Made by a program: the position numbers and the translations under genes. From sequence record SRR22947725_1805: 64,000 bases of DNA; one strand, written 5' to 3'. The notes under the pieces are model-generated. The model worked only from the letters and a program-made list of their open reading frames with translations, did no database searches and had not been told where the DNA came from. Shown here piece after piece: positions 10,426 to 20,085 of the stretch (within the stretch, counting starts at the first letter, position 1; the number at the start of each line of letters is the position of its first letter).

Positions 10426-11919
10426 CTAGTTCTGTGGGAAGCCGAGGTTGAGACCGCCGTGGCTGGGATCCAACCACCGCGAGGTGACAACCTTTTGCTT
10501 GGTGAAGAAGCGGAAACCTTCTGCGCCGTGGGCACGGGAATCACCAAAGAGTGACTGCTTCCAGCCGCCAAAGGAGAAATAGGCCATCGGCACGGGTATG
10601 GGCACATTCACGCCCACCATTCCGACCTCGATGTCGACGACAAACTTTCTCGCAGCTCCACCATCGTTGGTGAAGATGGCGGTGCCATTACCGAAAGCTC
10701 CGCTGTTGATGAGCGCTACCCCTTCTTCATAGGTTTTCACTCGAACAATGGAAAGCACCGGACCAAAGATTTCTTCTTGATAGACCTTGGAGGTGGTGGG
10801 AACGTGATCGATCAGGGTGGGTCCCAACCAGAAGCCATCGGCGTCACCGTCGGGCTGCACTCTGCGACCATCGGCCACAATCGTGGCGCCATCTTTTTCG
10901 GCGATGTCCAGGTAAGAGGCGACCTTGTCGCGGTGAACCTTGGTGACCAGTGGTCCCATGTCGCAGGAGCGTCGCCCATCGCCGACCTTGATGGCCGACA
11001 TTTTGGTGTGGATCGCCTCGACCAGGGTGTCCCCAATGGGATCGACGGCAACGACGACGGAAATGGCCATACAGCGCTCGCCTGCGGAACCAAAACCTGC
11101 GTTCACGGCAGAGTCAGCAACTAAGTCGATGTCGGCATCGGGCAGAACCAGCATGTGGTTCTTCGCACCACCGAGTGCTTGGACGCGCTTGCCGTTCTTG
11201 GCGCCTGTTTCATAGACGTACTGGGCAATCGGGGTGGAACCCACAAAGGATATGGAGGCAACATCGGGGTTCTCGAGAAGGGCGTCAACAGAGACTTTGT
11301 CGCCGTGGACCACGTTGAAGACACCGTCGGGAAGGCCGGCTTCTTTCCACAGGTCAGCAATCCACATCGAAGCAGAGGGGTCTTTCTCACTCGGCTTGAG
11401 GATCACCGTGTTCCCGGCGGCAATGGCGACGGGGAAGAACCACATCGGGACCATCGCGGGGAAATTGAACGGGCTAATGATTCCCACGACACCCAAAGGC
11501 TGGGTCAAGGAATACACATCGACGTCAGTGGACGCGTTCAGGGAGTAGTCCCCCTTCAACAGGTGGGGGAGGCCGCAGGCAAACTCCACGACTTCTTGTC
11601 CCCTGGTGATTTCTCCCAGAGCATCGGAGAGCACTTTGCCGTGTTCTTCAGTAATGATTGCAGCCAGCTCACCTTTTCGTTCCTCGAGGAGTTCGCGGAA
11701 CTTGAAAAGGATCGCAACCCGCTTGGTCATCGACACCGTGGACCACGAGGCAAATGCGGCGTGTGCGATCTTTACCGCTGCATCCAGGTCTGACGTTGTC
11801 GCCAAGCGAACCGATTTTGTTGCCACACCGATTGCGGGGTCAAAAACATCGGCAAAACGCTCAGATTCGCCAACAAACTCTTGCCCGCCGACGTGGTGGT
11901 TGATGATGGGGTTGGTCAT
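10426..11919 (-). CDS. iolA: CoA-acylating (methyl)malonate-semialdehyde dehydrogenase
   Basis: PFNFPAMVPMW, KPSEKDP, GGAKNH, GERCMA, VNVPIPVP motifs. Confidence 0.93.
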   Translation of the reverse strand: MTNPIINHHVGGQEFVGESERFADVFDPAIGVATKSVRLATTSDLDAAVKIAHAAFASWSTVSMTKRVAILFKFRELLEERKGELAAIITEEHGKVLSDALGEITRGQEVVEFACGLPHLLKGDYSLNASTDVDVYSLTQPLGVVGIISPFNFPAMVPMWFFPVAIAAGNTVILKPSEKDPSASMWIADLWKEAGLPDGVFNVVHGDKVSVDALLENPDVASISFVGSTPIAQYVYETGAKNGKRVQALGGAKNHMLVLPDADIDLVADSAVNAGFGSAGERCMAISVVVAVDPIGDTLVEAIHTKMSAIKVGDGRRSCDMGPLVTKVHRDKVASYLDIAEKDGATIVADGRRVQPDGDADGFWLGPTLIDHVPTTSKVYQEEIFGPVLSIVRVKTYEEGVALINSGAFGNGTAIFTNDGGAARKFVVDIEVGMVGVNVPIPVPMAYFSFGGWKQSLFGDSRAHGAEGFRFFTKQKVVTSRWLDPSHGGLNLGFPQN

Positions 11920-11947
11920 GGTGGGTTCCTTTTCTTGGGGGCTTTGA

Positions 11948-12826
11948 TTAGCCGTGGACAATATCCACAGCACGGGAAATGGCATCAGCGGCAGTACCTG
12001 AGGCCGGATATAGAAGACTTCTTCCCACCACAAGGCCACGAACGCCGGGCAAGGTGAGAGCGTGGGCCCAGTCGGTGTACAGCGCCTCTGGGTCGCTTTG
12101 GTTATCCCCGCCAAGAATCAGGGTGGGAAGTGTGGTGGATTCCATCACTCTCGCCATGTCAGGGACAAAGGGAATCTTCAGCCACGTGTAGGCGCTGGAT
12201 CCCCCGAGTGCTGCGGAAATAGCAATGGAGTGAATGACAGCATCAGCGGTCAAAACGTTGGTGACTTTGCCGTCTACCCACTCGCTCATGAAGGGCTCGA
12301 TCATGATGGGTATTTGTGCGGCCACCGCATCATTGACTGCTTCAGCGGTGGCGATCAGGGTGTCGGCAGTTCCGGCGTCCTGGAGGTTGATCCGGGTGAG
12401 GGTTTTGGCAAAATCAAGACCAGCGCGAGCGATGGCATCGATGGAATAGGCGCCAAATCTGTCATCCATTTCAAAGGATGCCCCGCGAAGCCCGCCACGG
12501 TTCATCGAACCGACCACAATCTTGTTGTTGAGGGCTCCGAGCAGGGCCAAATCATCGATGATGTCGGGGGTGGCGAGGACACCGTCGACCCCGGGGTTTT
12601 CGAGAGCGCCTGCCAAGCGCTCAAGAAGTACCTCGCGGTTTGCCATCGCCATGGCCTCGCTCCCGACGCCCATCGCTGCTCGCCCGGGATGGTCTGCCGC
12701 CACGATCATGAGGCGACCATCGCCACTGACGATGTCTCGTCTGCTTCGAGAAGCGAGCGCCTGGGCGATAGCTTCAGGCTGGGTCGCTCTGGTCGCGCTT
12801 AGCGCCATGAAATCAATATCAGACAT
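11948..12826 (-). CDS. Cgl0159-like class I (beta/alpha)8 aldolase, probable IolJ analogue
   Basis: AADHPGR, GSMNRGGL, WLKIP, LILGG, GRSLLYP motifs; follows iolC. Confidence 0.75.
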   Translation of the reverse strand: MSDIDFMALSATRATQPEAIAQALASRSRRDIVSGDGRLMIVAADHPGRAAMGVGSEAMAMANREVLLERLAGALENPGVDGVLATPDIIDDLALLGALNNKIVVGSMNRGGLRGASFEMDDRFGAYSIDAIARAGLDFAKTLTRINLQDAGTADTLIATAEAVNDAVAAQIPIMIEPFMSEWVDGKVTNVLTADAVIHSIAISAALGGSSAYTWLKIPFVPDMARVMESTTLPTLILGGDNQSDPEALYTDWAHALTLPGVRGLVVGRSLLYPASGTAADAISRAVDIVHG

Positions 12827-13784
12827 GGTGTACCTCCAAGGCAGTGAGAACTTCTTCTTCAAAGGGCATGGCAGTGGAGCACTCGAGGCGCCCGGCGACG
12901 ATGGCCCCCGCAGCGTTGGCAAACCTTAGGATTTTTTCGAGATCCCAGCCGCTGAGGAGTCCGTGGCACAAAGCCCCACCGAAAGCATCCCCAGCACCGA
13001 GGCCGTTGACAACCTCCACTGCGAAGGGTTCGACTTCGATGCGCTCGGAAGCCGTTTTTGCCATTACGCCTTTGGGGCCGCGTTTGACAACAGCAATCGA
13101 GACGCCGCGCTCTAGGAGCGCATCGGCAGCGCGGTCGGGATCGGTCTCACCCACGGCAATTTCACATTCTTCGCGGTTACCGATAGCCACCGTGGACTTC
13201 TCCAGGGCTTTCTGCACTTGCTCGGTGGCATCAGTGGTTGATTCCCAGAGTTCTGCGCGGTAATCCAGGTCCAAGATCGTATGTTCTGCGCGCCCACGAA
13301 CGGCCAGGGCGTGGTGGTGCGCGGACCGGCTTGGTTCCTTGGTGAGCCCGGTGAGTGTGGTCCAAAAAATCTTTGCCGATCTGATGGCGTCTTCGTCGAG
13401 CTCGTCGGCTTCGATCATCAGGTCTGGCGCAACAGGGTCGCGATAGAAATACAGCGGGAAATTATCGGGTGGGAAGATTTCACAAAGGACCAGGGGGGTT
13501 TTGAGCCCTTCAACGTCAGACACATAGCGAGAGCTCACCCCTAAGCGCTCAAGCTCGTCGCGCACATAGACGCCGAGTGGGTCAGGGCCGGTGCGGGTAA
13601 TTACGGCGCTGCTTCTGCCATACCGCGCCGCTGCGACGGCCACGTTGGTAGGGCTTCCGCCCAGGAATTTACCGAAGCTCGTGACTTTATCCAACCCCAC
13701 ATTGCTTTGGAGAGGGTACAGGTCGATGCCGACACGTCCCATCGTCAAAACATCGAGGGGCGCGGAGGTGTGGTTACTGGTCAT
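12819..13784 (-). CDS. iolC: 5-dehydro-2-deoxygluconokinase (PfkB family)
   Basis: MGRVGIDLYP, GGSPTNVAVAAAR, PPDNFPLYFYR, GAGDAF. Confidence 0.93.
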   Translation of the reverse strand: MTSNHTSAPLDVLTMGRVGIDLYPLQSNVGLDKVTSFGKFLGGSPTNVAVAAARYGRSSAVITRTGPDPLGVYVRDELERLGVSSRYVSDVEGLKTPLVLCEIFPPDNFPLYFYRDPVAPDLMIEADELDEDAIRSAKIFWTTLTGLTKEPSRSAHHHALAVRGRAEHTILDLDYRAELWESTTDATEQVQKALEKSTVAIGNREECEIAVGETDPDRAADALLERGVSIAVVKRGPKGVMAKTASERIEVEPFAVEVVNGLGAGDAFGGALCHGLLSGWDLEKILRFANAAGAIVAGRLECSTAMPFEEEVLTALEVHHV

Positions 13785-13820
13785 AAAGAATCACTTCGTC
13801 GGGGCGTACCCCCATCGTAC

Positions 13821-13834
13821 TTTGTCCTTACAAA
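13821..13834. promoter_or_regulatory. IolR-type operator upstream of iolC
   Basis: TTTGTCCTTACAAA in the iolG-iolC gap. Confidence 0.75.
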
Positions 13835-13839
13835 TTCTT

Positions 13840-14850
13840 CTACTTGGCGGAGACGGAAATCGTGGTCCCCGTCTTAGCCGATTCCGTGGCGGCATTGGCC
13901 AAGACAAGAGCCATCCGGCCATCCTCAAAGGTGGGGGTGTTGGAGGCCTCGCCCCGAATGCGCTTGATGAACTCCTCCAACTCGTTTCGATAGGAGTCCA
14001 TGTAACGCTCGAGGAAGAAGTTTTGATACGGCGGCTTCGCCTCGACCAGGTTCGCGGTGTAGTGCTGAACGTTGGTGTCGGTGATGTTCTCCGCCCGGAG
14101 CATCCCCTCGCTACCAAAAGCCTCCACGCGCTGGTCGAACCCGTAGGAAGCGTGGCGGGAGTTGGTAATCAAGACCAGTTCGTCATTGCTTCCCCGCAGG
14201 GCCACCGCGGTCGCGTCGTAGTCGCCAAGCCCCTTGATATCGGAGGAGAACTGATTGAAACCCTGGGCGGTGACGGAAACAATCTCGGGCACAAAATAGC
14301 GGGCCATATCAAAATCGTGGATGGTCATATCTCTAAAGATTCCGCCCGAAACCGCGAGGTACTCGGTTGACGCGGGAGCCGGGTCGCGGCTGGTGATGAG
14401 GAGCTGTTCCAGGTTCCCGATATCCCCGGCCAGAACCCTTGAGCGCACCGCAGCAAAATGCGGGTCGAATCGGCGGTTGAAGCCCAGCCCAATCGGCACC
14501 GTGGTGGCATGTGCCTTATCGCGGAGTCGATCGACGCGCTCAATATCCAGGTCAATCGGCTTTTCACACAGCGCCGGGATTCCCGCGTCGATGGCTTTCT
14601 CGATCAGGTCGATGTGGGTGGTGGTGGGGGAGGCGATGATGATGAGGTCAAGATCCCCAGCGCTAAAGAGCTCATCAGGGTTGTCGGTGGCCTCGCCGCC
14701 GTATTCCTTTGCTGTCTGCTGCGCGCCCTCCAGGAATACATCGGAGACGCGATGCAGCACCGTATCGGGGTGACTGACCACGCTTTTGGCATGGACTTGT
14801 CCAATGCGTCCGGTACCAATGAGCCCCACTCGAAGTTGATTCGCCATCAT
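13840..14850 (-). CDS. iolG: Inositol 2-dehydrogenase (Gfo/Idh/MocA)
   Basis: GTGRIG, CEKP, GFNRRFD, SRDP, SGGIFRDMTIHDFD. Confidence 0.93.
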   Translation of the reverse strand: MMANQLRVGLIGTGRIGQVHAKSVVSHPDTVLHRVSDVFLEGAQQTAKEYGGEATDNPDELFSAGDLDLIIIASPTTTHIDLIEKAIDAGIPALCEKPIDLDIERVDRLRDKAHATTVPIGLGFNRRFDPHFAAVRSRVLAGDIGNLEQLLITSRDPAPASTEYLAVSGGIFRDMTIHDFDMARYFVPEIVSVTAQGFNQFSSDIKGLGDYDATAVALRGSNDELVLITNSRHASYGFDQRVEAFGSEGMLRAENITDTNVQHYTANLVEAKPPYQNFFLERYMDSYRNELEEFIKRIRGEASNTPTFEDGRMALVLANAATESAKTGTTISVSAK

Positions 14851-14862
14851 CACTCCCTGTTG

Positions 14863-14876
14863 TTTGTGCGGACAAA
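14863..14876. promoter_or_regulatory. IolR-type operator upstream of iolG
   Basis: TTTGTGCGGACAAA just upstream of the iolG start. Confidence 0.75.
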
Positions 14877-15195
14877 GTCAAACACAATGATGGCAGGTTT
14901 TCGCCTACGTTGCGCAGAGTTTTTCCTGTGGTTAATGAGACGGGCGAGGCGCTTCCCCCTCATCTGCAAGAAGGCCCGGGGTGGGAAAAAGACCTTCATT
15001 CCATTGGCCCCGGCTGCGTCACAAAGTCGGATGTCATACGCGGTCGTTATCCACAGACCCGCTACCCTGTTTCTCGCCCACATCGCTCTGCATGGTTGTG
15101 CGGTGTGGAACACATAGCGGACACGAAGCTTCTTTGCGAGGGCTCACCACCGTCCGCCTGTCACCGAGTGTGGGTATCCGGATGACTACTACTCT

Positions 15196-16434
15196 GTGTT
15201 TGTGAAGGACACGTTGCGGGTGGAGAAGAGCCGCACCCGCGGGGCGTCTGTCGCGGTGTCGCTTGCGGCAATCGTGACCCTCACCTCGTGTGTACTGCCT
15301 CGTAGTGAACCTATGGTGGCTCCTGAGCCTGTGGTGCTGGAACTGGTGCCCGCTGAAGTCGTGGAAGAGGCGCCTGTTTCGCCGGAGCCCGAAGCGAGCA
15401 GTGACCCACTACAGGAGCGCGTCGATGAAGCGATTGCCGGAATGGACCTGCGCACCCAGCTTGCTGGGTTGATGGTTGTCACCGTGGCAGGGATGGACCC
15501 AGCGCGCCACCGAGAATTTCTTGACCGGATCCCAGCCGCAGGATTTCTGTTGACCGGTAGCAACCTCGGAGGCGACACGTTTGCGATTCGGGACATGATT
15601 AGCGCCATCCACGAGGGTCAGGATTTTCCGTTGGTGATGGCGGTAGATCAAGAAGGCTCCCCGGTGGCACGAATTTCAGGGGACCAATTCCCGGGCGCCA
15701 GAGTGCTGGGTGCAACTTCTGTTGAAGCAACCGCCGAAGCATTCTTGGCCCGGCAGCAACTCGTTGATCGCGCCGGCGCCAATGTTAACTTTGGGATCGT
15801 GGCGGACGTGAGTGGCGGCCCCGGCGCCTATATCCACTCCCGTTCCTTTTCTATGGACCCCATCGTGGTCGCCAAGCACGTGGGGGTGGCTCTCGGGGCA
15901 AACGTGGACGAGGTTGCCCAAACTCTGAAGCATTTCCCGGGCCACGGTATGGTCTTTGCCGATTCCCATCGCACCATCGCCTCCAGTGATCTCAGCTATG
16001 ACCAGTGGTTGCAAACCCATGCGCTTCCCTTTATCGCAGGTATCGATTCAGGGGCAGAGCTGCTGATGACAGCCCACATCAGAGTGCCAGCGATCAGTAA
16101 GGACCCGGCGACTCTCTCAGATGACTGGTTGAGAATTGCCCGCGAAGAACTGGGCTTTGAGGGCGTCATCATCACCGATGACCTCCGGATGTTGCAGGCT
16201 TCGGGTGAGGCTGCGTATTCGGATCCGGGAACTGTCGCGGTCGCGGCACTGGCTGCGGGCAATGACTTAGTGTTGATGGCGGTTGACCCGGGTGTTGACC
16301 CCGACTTATCGACCTATGACGACGTCCTGTCAGCTCTCGAGCAAGCGGTACAAGAGGGAGTGGTCAGCGAAGAGCAGGTGCGCGCTTCCCTCACGCGGGT
16401 TCTGACACTGAGAGAGCGGCTCGGAACCCCCTAG
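15196..16434 (+). CDS. GH3 beta-N-acetylhexosaminidase (NagZ-like), probable lipoprotein
   Basis: VDQEG, KHFPGHGMVFADSH (NagZ signature), ITDDL nucleophile, LTSC lipobox; start uncertain. Confidence 0.85.
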   Translation: MFVKDTLRVEKSRTRGASVAVSLAAIVTLTSCVLPRSEPMVAPEPVVLELVPAEVVEEAPVSPEPEASSDPLQERVDEAIAGMDLRTQLAGLMVVTVAGMDPARHREFLDRIPAAGFLLTGSNLGGDTFAIRDMISAIHEGQDFPLVMAVDQEGSPVARISGDQFPGARVLGATSVEATAEAFLARQQLVDRAGANVNFGIVADVSGGPGAYIHSRSFSMDPIVVAKHVGVALGANVDEVAQTLKHFPGHGMVFADSHRTIASSDLSYDQWLQTHALPFIAGIDSGAELLMTAHIRVPAISKDPATLSDDWLRIAREELGFEGVIITDDLRMLQASGEAAYSDPGTVAVAALAAGNDLVLMAVDPGVDPDLSTYDDVLSALEQAVQEGVVSEEQVRASLTRVLTLRERLGTP

Positions 16435-16703
16435 GGCTTCTCGCCCATTTTCTTCAGCTCGGCATCAATATCCGCGTCGGTGATGGATTGCTTCGTGCCA
16501 TAGGCATCCCACCAGATAAAGGGAACCGCAACGGCCATTCCGCCAATCGCCCAACCCGGCCAAAAGTAGCTGTCAGGGCTGGTGAAGAACCAAATGGCCG
16601 TGACGAGGATAGAAACAAAAAGCCACACAAAGAGGTAGCTGGTGAAGTCTTGTTTGCTCTTGATTCTCTTGCGAGCCACTTCTCGAATGTCTGCGGGTTC
16701 CAT
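16431..16703 (-). CDS. 2TM-domain small membrane protein
   Basis: Two TM segments separated by YFWPGW, a 2TM-like pattern. Confidence 0.7.
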   Translation of the reverse strand: MEPADIREVARKRIKSKQDFTSYLFVWLFVSILVTAIWFFTSPDSYFWPGWAIGGMAVAVPFIWWDAYGTKQSITDADIDAELKKMGEKP

Positions 16704-16717
16704 AGCCCTACTCTCTC

Positions 16718-17497
16718 CTAGTCGATATCTCTGCGCATACTGGTGATGAGAGCCAGGATAGCAAAAACGAAGGCGTAGCCCAGGAGGAACAGAATGGAAA
16801 GAAGCGGACTCAGGAAGGAATCGGTGGTGAAGTTCACCAGATCAGATTCGACATCCAGAGACACGATCGCGGTCATCAAACCGGTGAGAGAGTATTTGCC
16901 GGCTTCTGGCACCAGCAGCAAAAGAATGGGCTCGATCGCAAAAAGCCACAGCAATACGCCGATCAGTGCCACCACTTGGGACCGCAAGAGAGCGCCAATG
17001 GCGGCACCAAGAATCCCGAGCGCCACACCGGAGACAATTCCTGACAGCGCAGTGTTGATAAAGATTTCTTGTGACGCTTGGGCCGCATCCGGATAGAACC
17101 GCAAGGCGATGTAACCCGAACCAATCCCTGCGCCGGTGGCCACAACTTGCAGAATCAGCCCTGCCCACCCGGCGGCGACCATCTTGGCCAGCAGCACCCG
17201 GCCGCGTTTGGGGACGGCGACAAAGGTCGCCACTGCGGTGCCGTGGCGAAATTCACCCGCAACAACCAGTACGCCGAGAAGCATCGCAAAGATGTAACCC
17301 GAAACCGCATTCGCGTAGACAGAGTCGACCACGTTCTGCTCGGCTAGTGTGCCAAAGCCCAAGCCATCTTCAGAGGAAGCCAAAATAACGGGGGTGCTGG
17401 CGGTGCCCAGCACGCTAAAGAGTGCTCCGGCGATCATTAAGCCCCACATGGCCCGCTGGTAGGTGATCTTGCGAAGTTCTGCACCCAACAACCTCAT
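16718..17497 (-). CDS. ABC-2 type transporter permease
   Basis: AELRK N-terminus, GEFRHGT, PKR..LLAK, C-terminal RRDI; about 6 TM. Confidence 0.85.
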   Translation of the reverse strand: MRLLGAELRKITYQRAMWGLMIAGALFSVLGTASTPVILASSEDGLGFGTLAEQNVVDSVYANAVSGYIFAMLLGVLVVAGEFRHGTAVATFVAVPKRGRVLLAKMVAAGWAGLILQVVATGAGIGSGYIALRFYPDAAQASQEIFINTALSGIVSGVALGILGAAIGALLRSQVVALIGVLLWLFAIEPILLLLVPEAGKYSLTGLMTAIVSLDVESDLVNFTTDSFLSPLLSILFLLGYAFVFAILALITSMRRDID

Positions 17498-18201
17498 GAG
17501 AGACCACTTCCTGTCAGGCGAAGAAAGGCTTCTTCAAGGCGTTCCCCACCGGTGACCTCGGCCACCGAACCAGCGGCAACCACCTTGCCTTTGTTGATGA
17601 TGATGACATCATCAACAATCGTTTCTAGTTCGGCGAGTTGGTGAGAAGACACGAACACGGTGGTGCCCTTTTCTGCTTGGGATTTGATAAATCCGCGTAA
17701 CCAGGCAATCCCCGCTGGATCAAGCCCATTGGCTGGTTCGTCCAGGACCAAGACTTCTGGTGAACCGAGCAGTGCTGAAGCGAGAGAAAGACGCTGCTTC
17801 ATCCCCAGCGAAAAGCCTTTGACTCTTTTGTTCCTGGCATCAGCCAGTTCAACCTCCGCGAGGACTTCATCAATCCTGGATTTATCAATGCCCCCCATGC
17901 TGGTGAGTACCCTCAAGTTTTGATACGCGGTAAGCCCTGGGTGAAAGCCCCGCGAGTCCAACACCACCCCCACGCGCGTTTGGGGGTTTTTCAGCTTGCG
18001 GTAACCGCGACCCAGAATGCGAGTTCGACCTTTAGTGGGAGTGGCCAGGGCGACCAGACACCGCAAAGCGGTGGACTTCCCGGCGCCGTTGGGGCCTAAG
18101 AAACCGGTTACCCGGCCGGGTTGCACCTCGGCGGAAAAATTATCCACCGCAACTGCGGTGCCATAGGTTTTCGTCAGGCCTTTAAAGACAATTGCTGCCA
18201 T
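17494..18201 (-). CDS. ABC transporter ATP-binding protein (exporter type)
   Basis: GPNGAGKS, FSLGMKQR, LDEPANGLD. Confidence 0.93.
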   Translation of the reverse strand: MAAIVFKGLTKTYGTAVAVDNFSAEVQPGRVTGFLGPNGAGKSTALRCLVALATPTKGRTRILGRGYRKLKNPQTRVGVVLDSRGFHPGLTAYQNLRVLTSMGGIDKSRIDEVLAEVELADARNKRVKGFSLGMKQRLSLASALLGSPEVLVLDEPANGLDPAGIAWLRGFIKSQAEKGTTVFVSSHQLAELETIVDDVIIINKGKVVAAGSVAEVTGGERLEEAFLRLTGSGLS

Positions 18202-18229
18202 GGAGCGCTCCTTGTGGGTTCAGGCCAGC

Positions 18230-19087
18230 CTAGCTTTTTCTGCGTCGCAGGGCTCGAATGACAAACAGCAGGGTTGTCACCACAGCGAGTAAACCCACCC
18301 ACGGCACCAGTATCCCCGCCCACACGACCAGCCCGGCAAAGAACGCGACAATGCTCGCGAGGCCCCGCAGAAGCCCATCGACGAATCCTTCGGGGTCCGC
18401 GGGGGTGGCATCGGCTGAGGTAAAAAGGTTCACGCTGATGCTGGCAAAGAGCGTTTGATCGCTGAGATATTCCCGCTGGGAAGTCAAGGAATCAAGCTCT
18501 GCTTGGCGGTCACTCAACGCTGACTCGATGGCAATGAGGTCGCTGGTGGTTTCTGCCTGCTCCAACAAGACACCGAGCCGCTCGATTGCTGATTCCAATA
18601 CCGAAATTCGCGCATCGAGATCAATTTTTTGCAACGACACGTCGTAGGTGTTGATCGAGGATTCTTGGACGTCACCGAGTTCGCTGATCGCCGCCACTGT
18701 TGCCTCCAGGGCGCCAAAGGGGATGCGGATTTCCAGGTAGGCGCTGGGGGAGCCGTAATCTATCGGGGAATAATCTGAGCGCGAGGAAATTCGACCCCCC
18801 GCATCCACAACAAGCCCCGTGATGTCATCAGCACTGGCGCTGGGCACCTCCACAATCAGAGACAGATACCCGGTGGTGATGACATCGGGCTCTGCAGAAA
18901 GCGAGCCTGATTCACTCACCCCTATCTCGTCGCTTCGATCGAGCATCATGACCGATTGATCAGCGGGGGTGGGCACGGCCATGTCGGAGACAAAAGCGTC
19001 CTCCCTGGCGATATCGATCCCAGCTGAGCAGCCGGTCAAGGTGAGGGTGGCTAGTGCACAAAGAGTCGAAAAACGCAGAAAAGTCAT
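18230..19087 (-). CDS. DUF4349 family lipoprotein
   Basis: LTGC lipobox, coiled-coil middle region (DLDARI..LE), C-terminal TM. Confidence 0.75.
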   Translation of the reverse strand: MTFLRFSTLCALATLTLTGCSAGIDIAREDAFVSDMAVPTPADQSVMMLDRSDEIGVSESGSLSAEPDVITTGYLSLIVEVPSASADDITGLVVDAGGRISSRSDYSPIDYGSPSAYLEIRIPFGALEATVAAISELGDVQESSINTYDVSLQKIDLDARISVLESAIERLGVLLEQAETTSDLIAIESALSDRQAELDSLTSQREYLSDQTLFASISVNLFTSADATPADPEGFVDGLLRGLASIVAFFAGLVVWAGILVPWVGLLAVVTTLLFVIRALRRRKS

Positions 19088-19116
19088 GGCATGAATATAC
19101 GCCTAGCGGCTATGAT

Positions 19117-19296
19117 TTAGCGCGCTGTTGGGTAATGATTCGAGTAGCAGGCAGCCTGATCGAGATCAGCAAACACGTTCTGGTTTCGGACAAACGCGAG
19201 CTTTGCCTCGGTGATCACCGCGTCGTGTTCTGATTCGGTCAGGGAGACGCCATCGAGGGCTTTGCGATAGATCTGTTTGAAGGACACCAGATTCTG
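19117..19296 (-). pseudogene. Heme oxygenase (HmuO-like) C-terminal remnant
   Basis: Own translation QNLVSFKQIYRKALDGVSLTESEHDAVITEAKLAFVRNQNVFADL.. fits the heme-oxygenase FK..YR..LD / EA..AF..N..F pattern; no N-terminal part. Confidence 0.6.
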
Positions 19297-20067
19297 CTAA
19301 CTGGGTTCCTCGGTCCGCGAGAGAAACCTGCGGAGGGACTCCATGGTTTCCTCGGGTTTATCTCGATGCACGCTGTGTCCAGCGCCGGGGATGAGGTCAT
19401 AGCTCCAGGTGGTGTGGGCGGCAATCATTGCGGCCGCCTCTTGTCCATAAAACATGCTGCCGCGTTCTTCTTCCCCGCCGATGACATGAGTGGGGAGGGT
19501 GAGAGAGTGTGCATTTTTCATCACATTCCAGGGAGAGTTATCTATTACCGTTCGCTCCAATGCCCAGAGGCTTGCTTGCTGGTGGGCGTGGACTTTGAGT
19601 TGGATATCCAGGGAATGCCAGTGGGGGTGAAGCTCCCGGATCTCTTCCACGCCGTGGAGGGTGTGACCCAGGCGCTGGTTTTTTAACACCTCGCTTCGGG
19701 TGTGGTCATCGATATCGAGGGCTGGGTCAATCAAGACCAATCGTCTGGCCCAGTCCGGGTGCTGTGACGCGGCAACCACCGCGCTCGCTGCACCGATGGA
19801 GTGCCCGATCACCGCATCCCATGGCCTTGCAGGTTCAGGCGCGACCAGGGCCACGTCGCTGGCAAAATCAGCGATGCGATAGGTGCTCGTTCGAGGGGCT
19901 TGACCATGGCCACGCAGATCAACTGCTACGGCGTGATAGCCATCTTCTGCCAGGGCTTCCATTACTTGCCAACAGGTGGCGGCGGAGGACCCCAACCCGT
20001 GGATCATGAGCGCGTGTTGGGTGGCCAGGGGATTCCCCCAGGAGAGGGTGGGCAAAGTCACAGTCAT
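19297..20067 (-). CDS. Alpha/beta-fold hydrolase
   Basis: IHG, DLRGHG, GHSIG nucleophile elbow, GAGH. Confidence 0.9.
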   Translation of the reverse strand: MTVTLPTLSWGNPLATQHALMIHGLGSSAATCWQVMEALAEDGYHAVAVDLRGHGQAPRTSTYRIADFASDVALVAPEPARPWDAVIGHSIGAASAVVAASQHPDWARRLVLIDPALDIDDHTRSEVLKNQRLGHTLHGVEEIRELHPHWHSLDIQLKVHAHQQASLWALERTVIDNSPWNVMKNAHSLTLPTHVIGGEEERGSMFYGQEAAAMIAAHTTWSYDLIPGAGHSVHRDKPEETMESLRRFLSRTEEPS

Positions 20068-20085
20068 GGCGATATCCCCTCACCG

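Noticed and set aside
14850-15113. 87-aa minus-strand ORF upstream of iolG
   Set aside because: No recognisable motif, atypical composition, and it overlaps the iolG operator and promoter.
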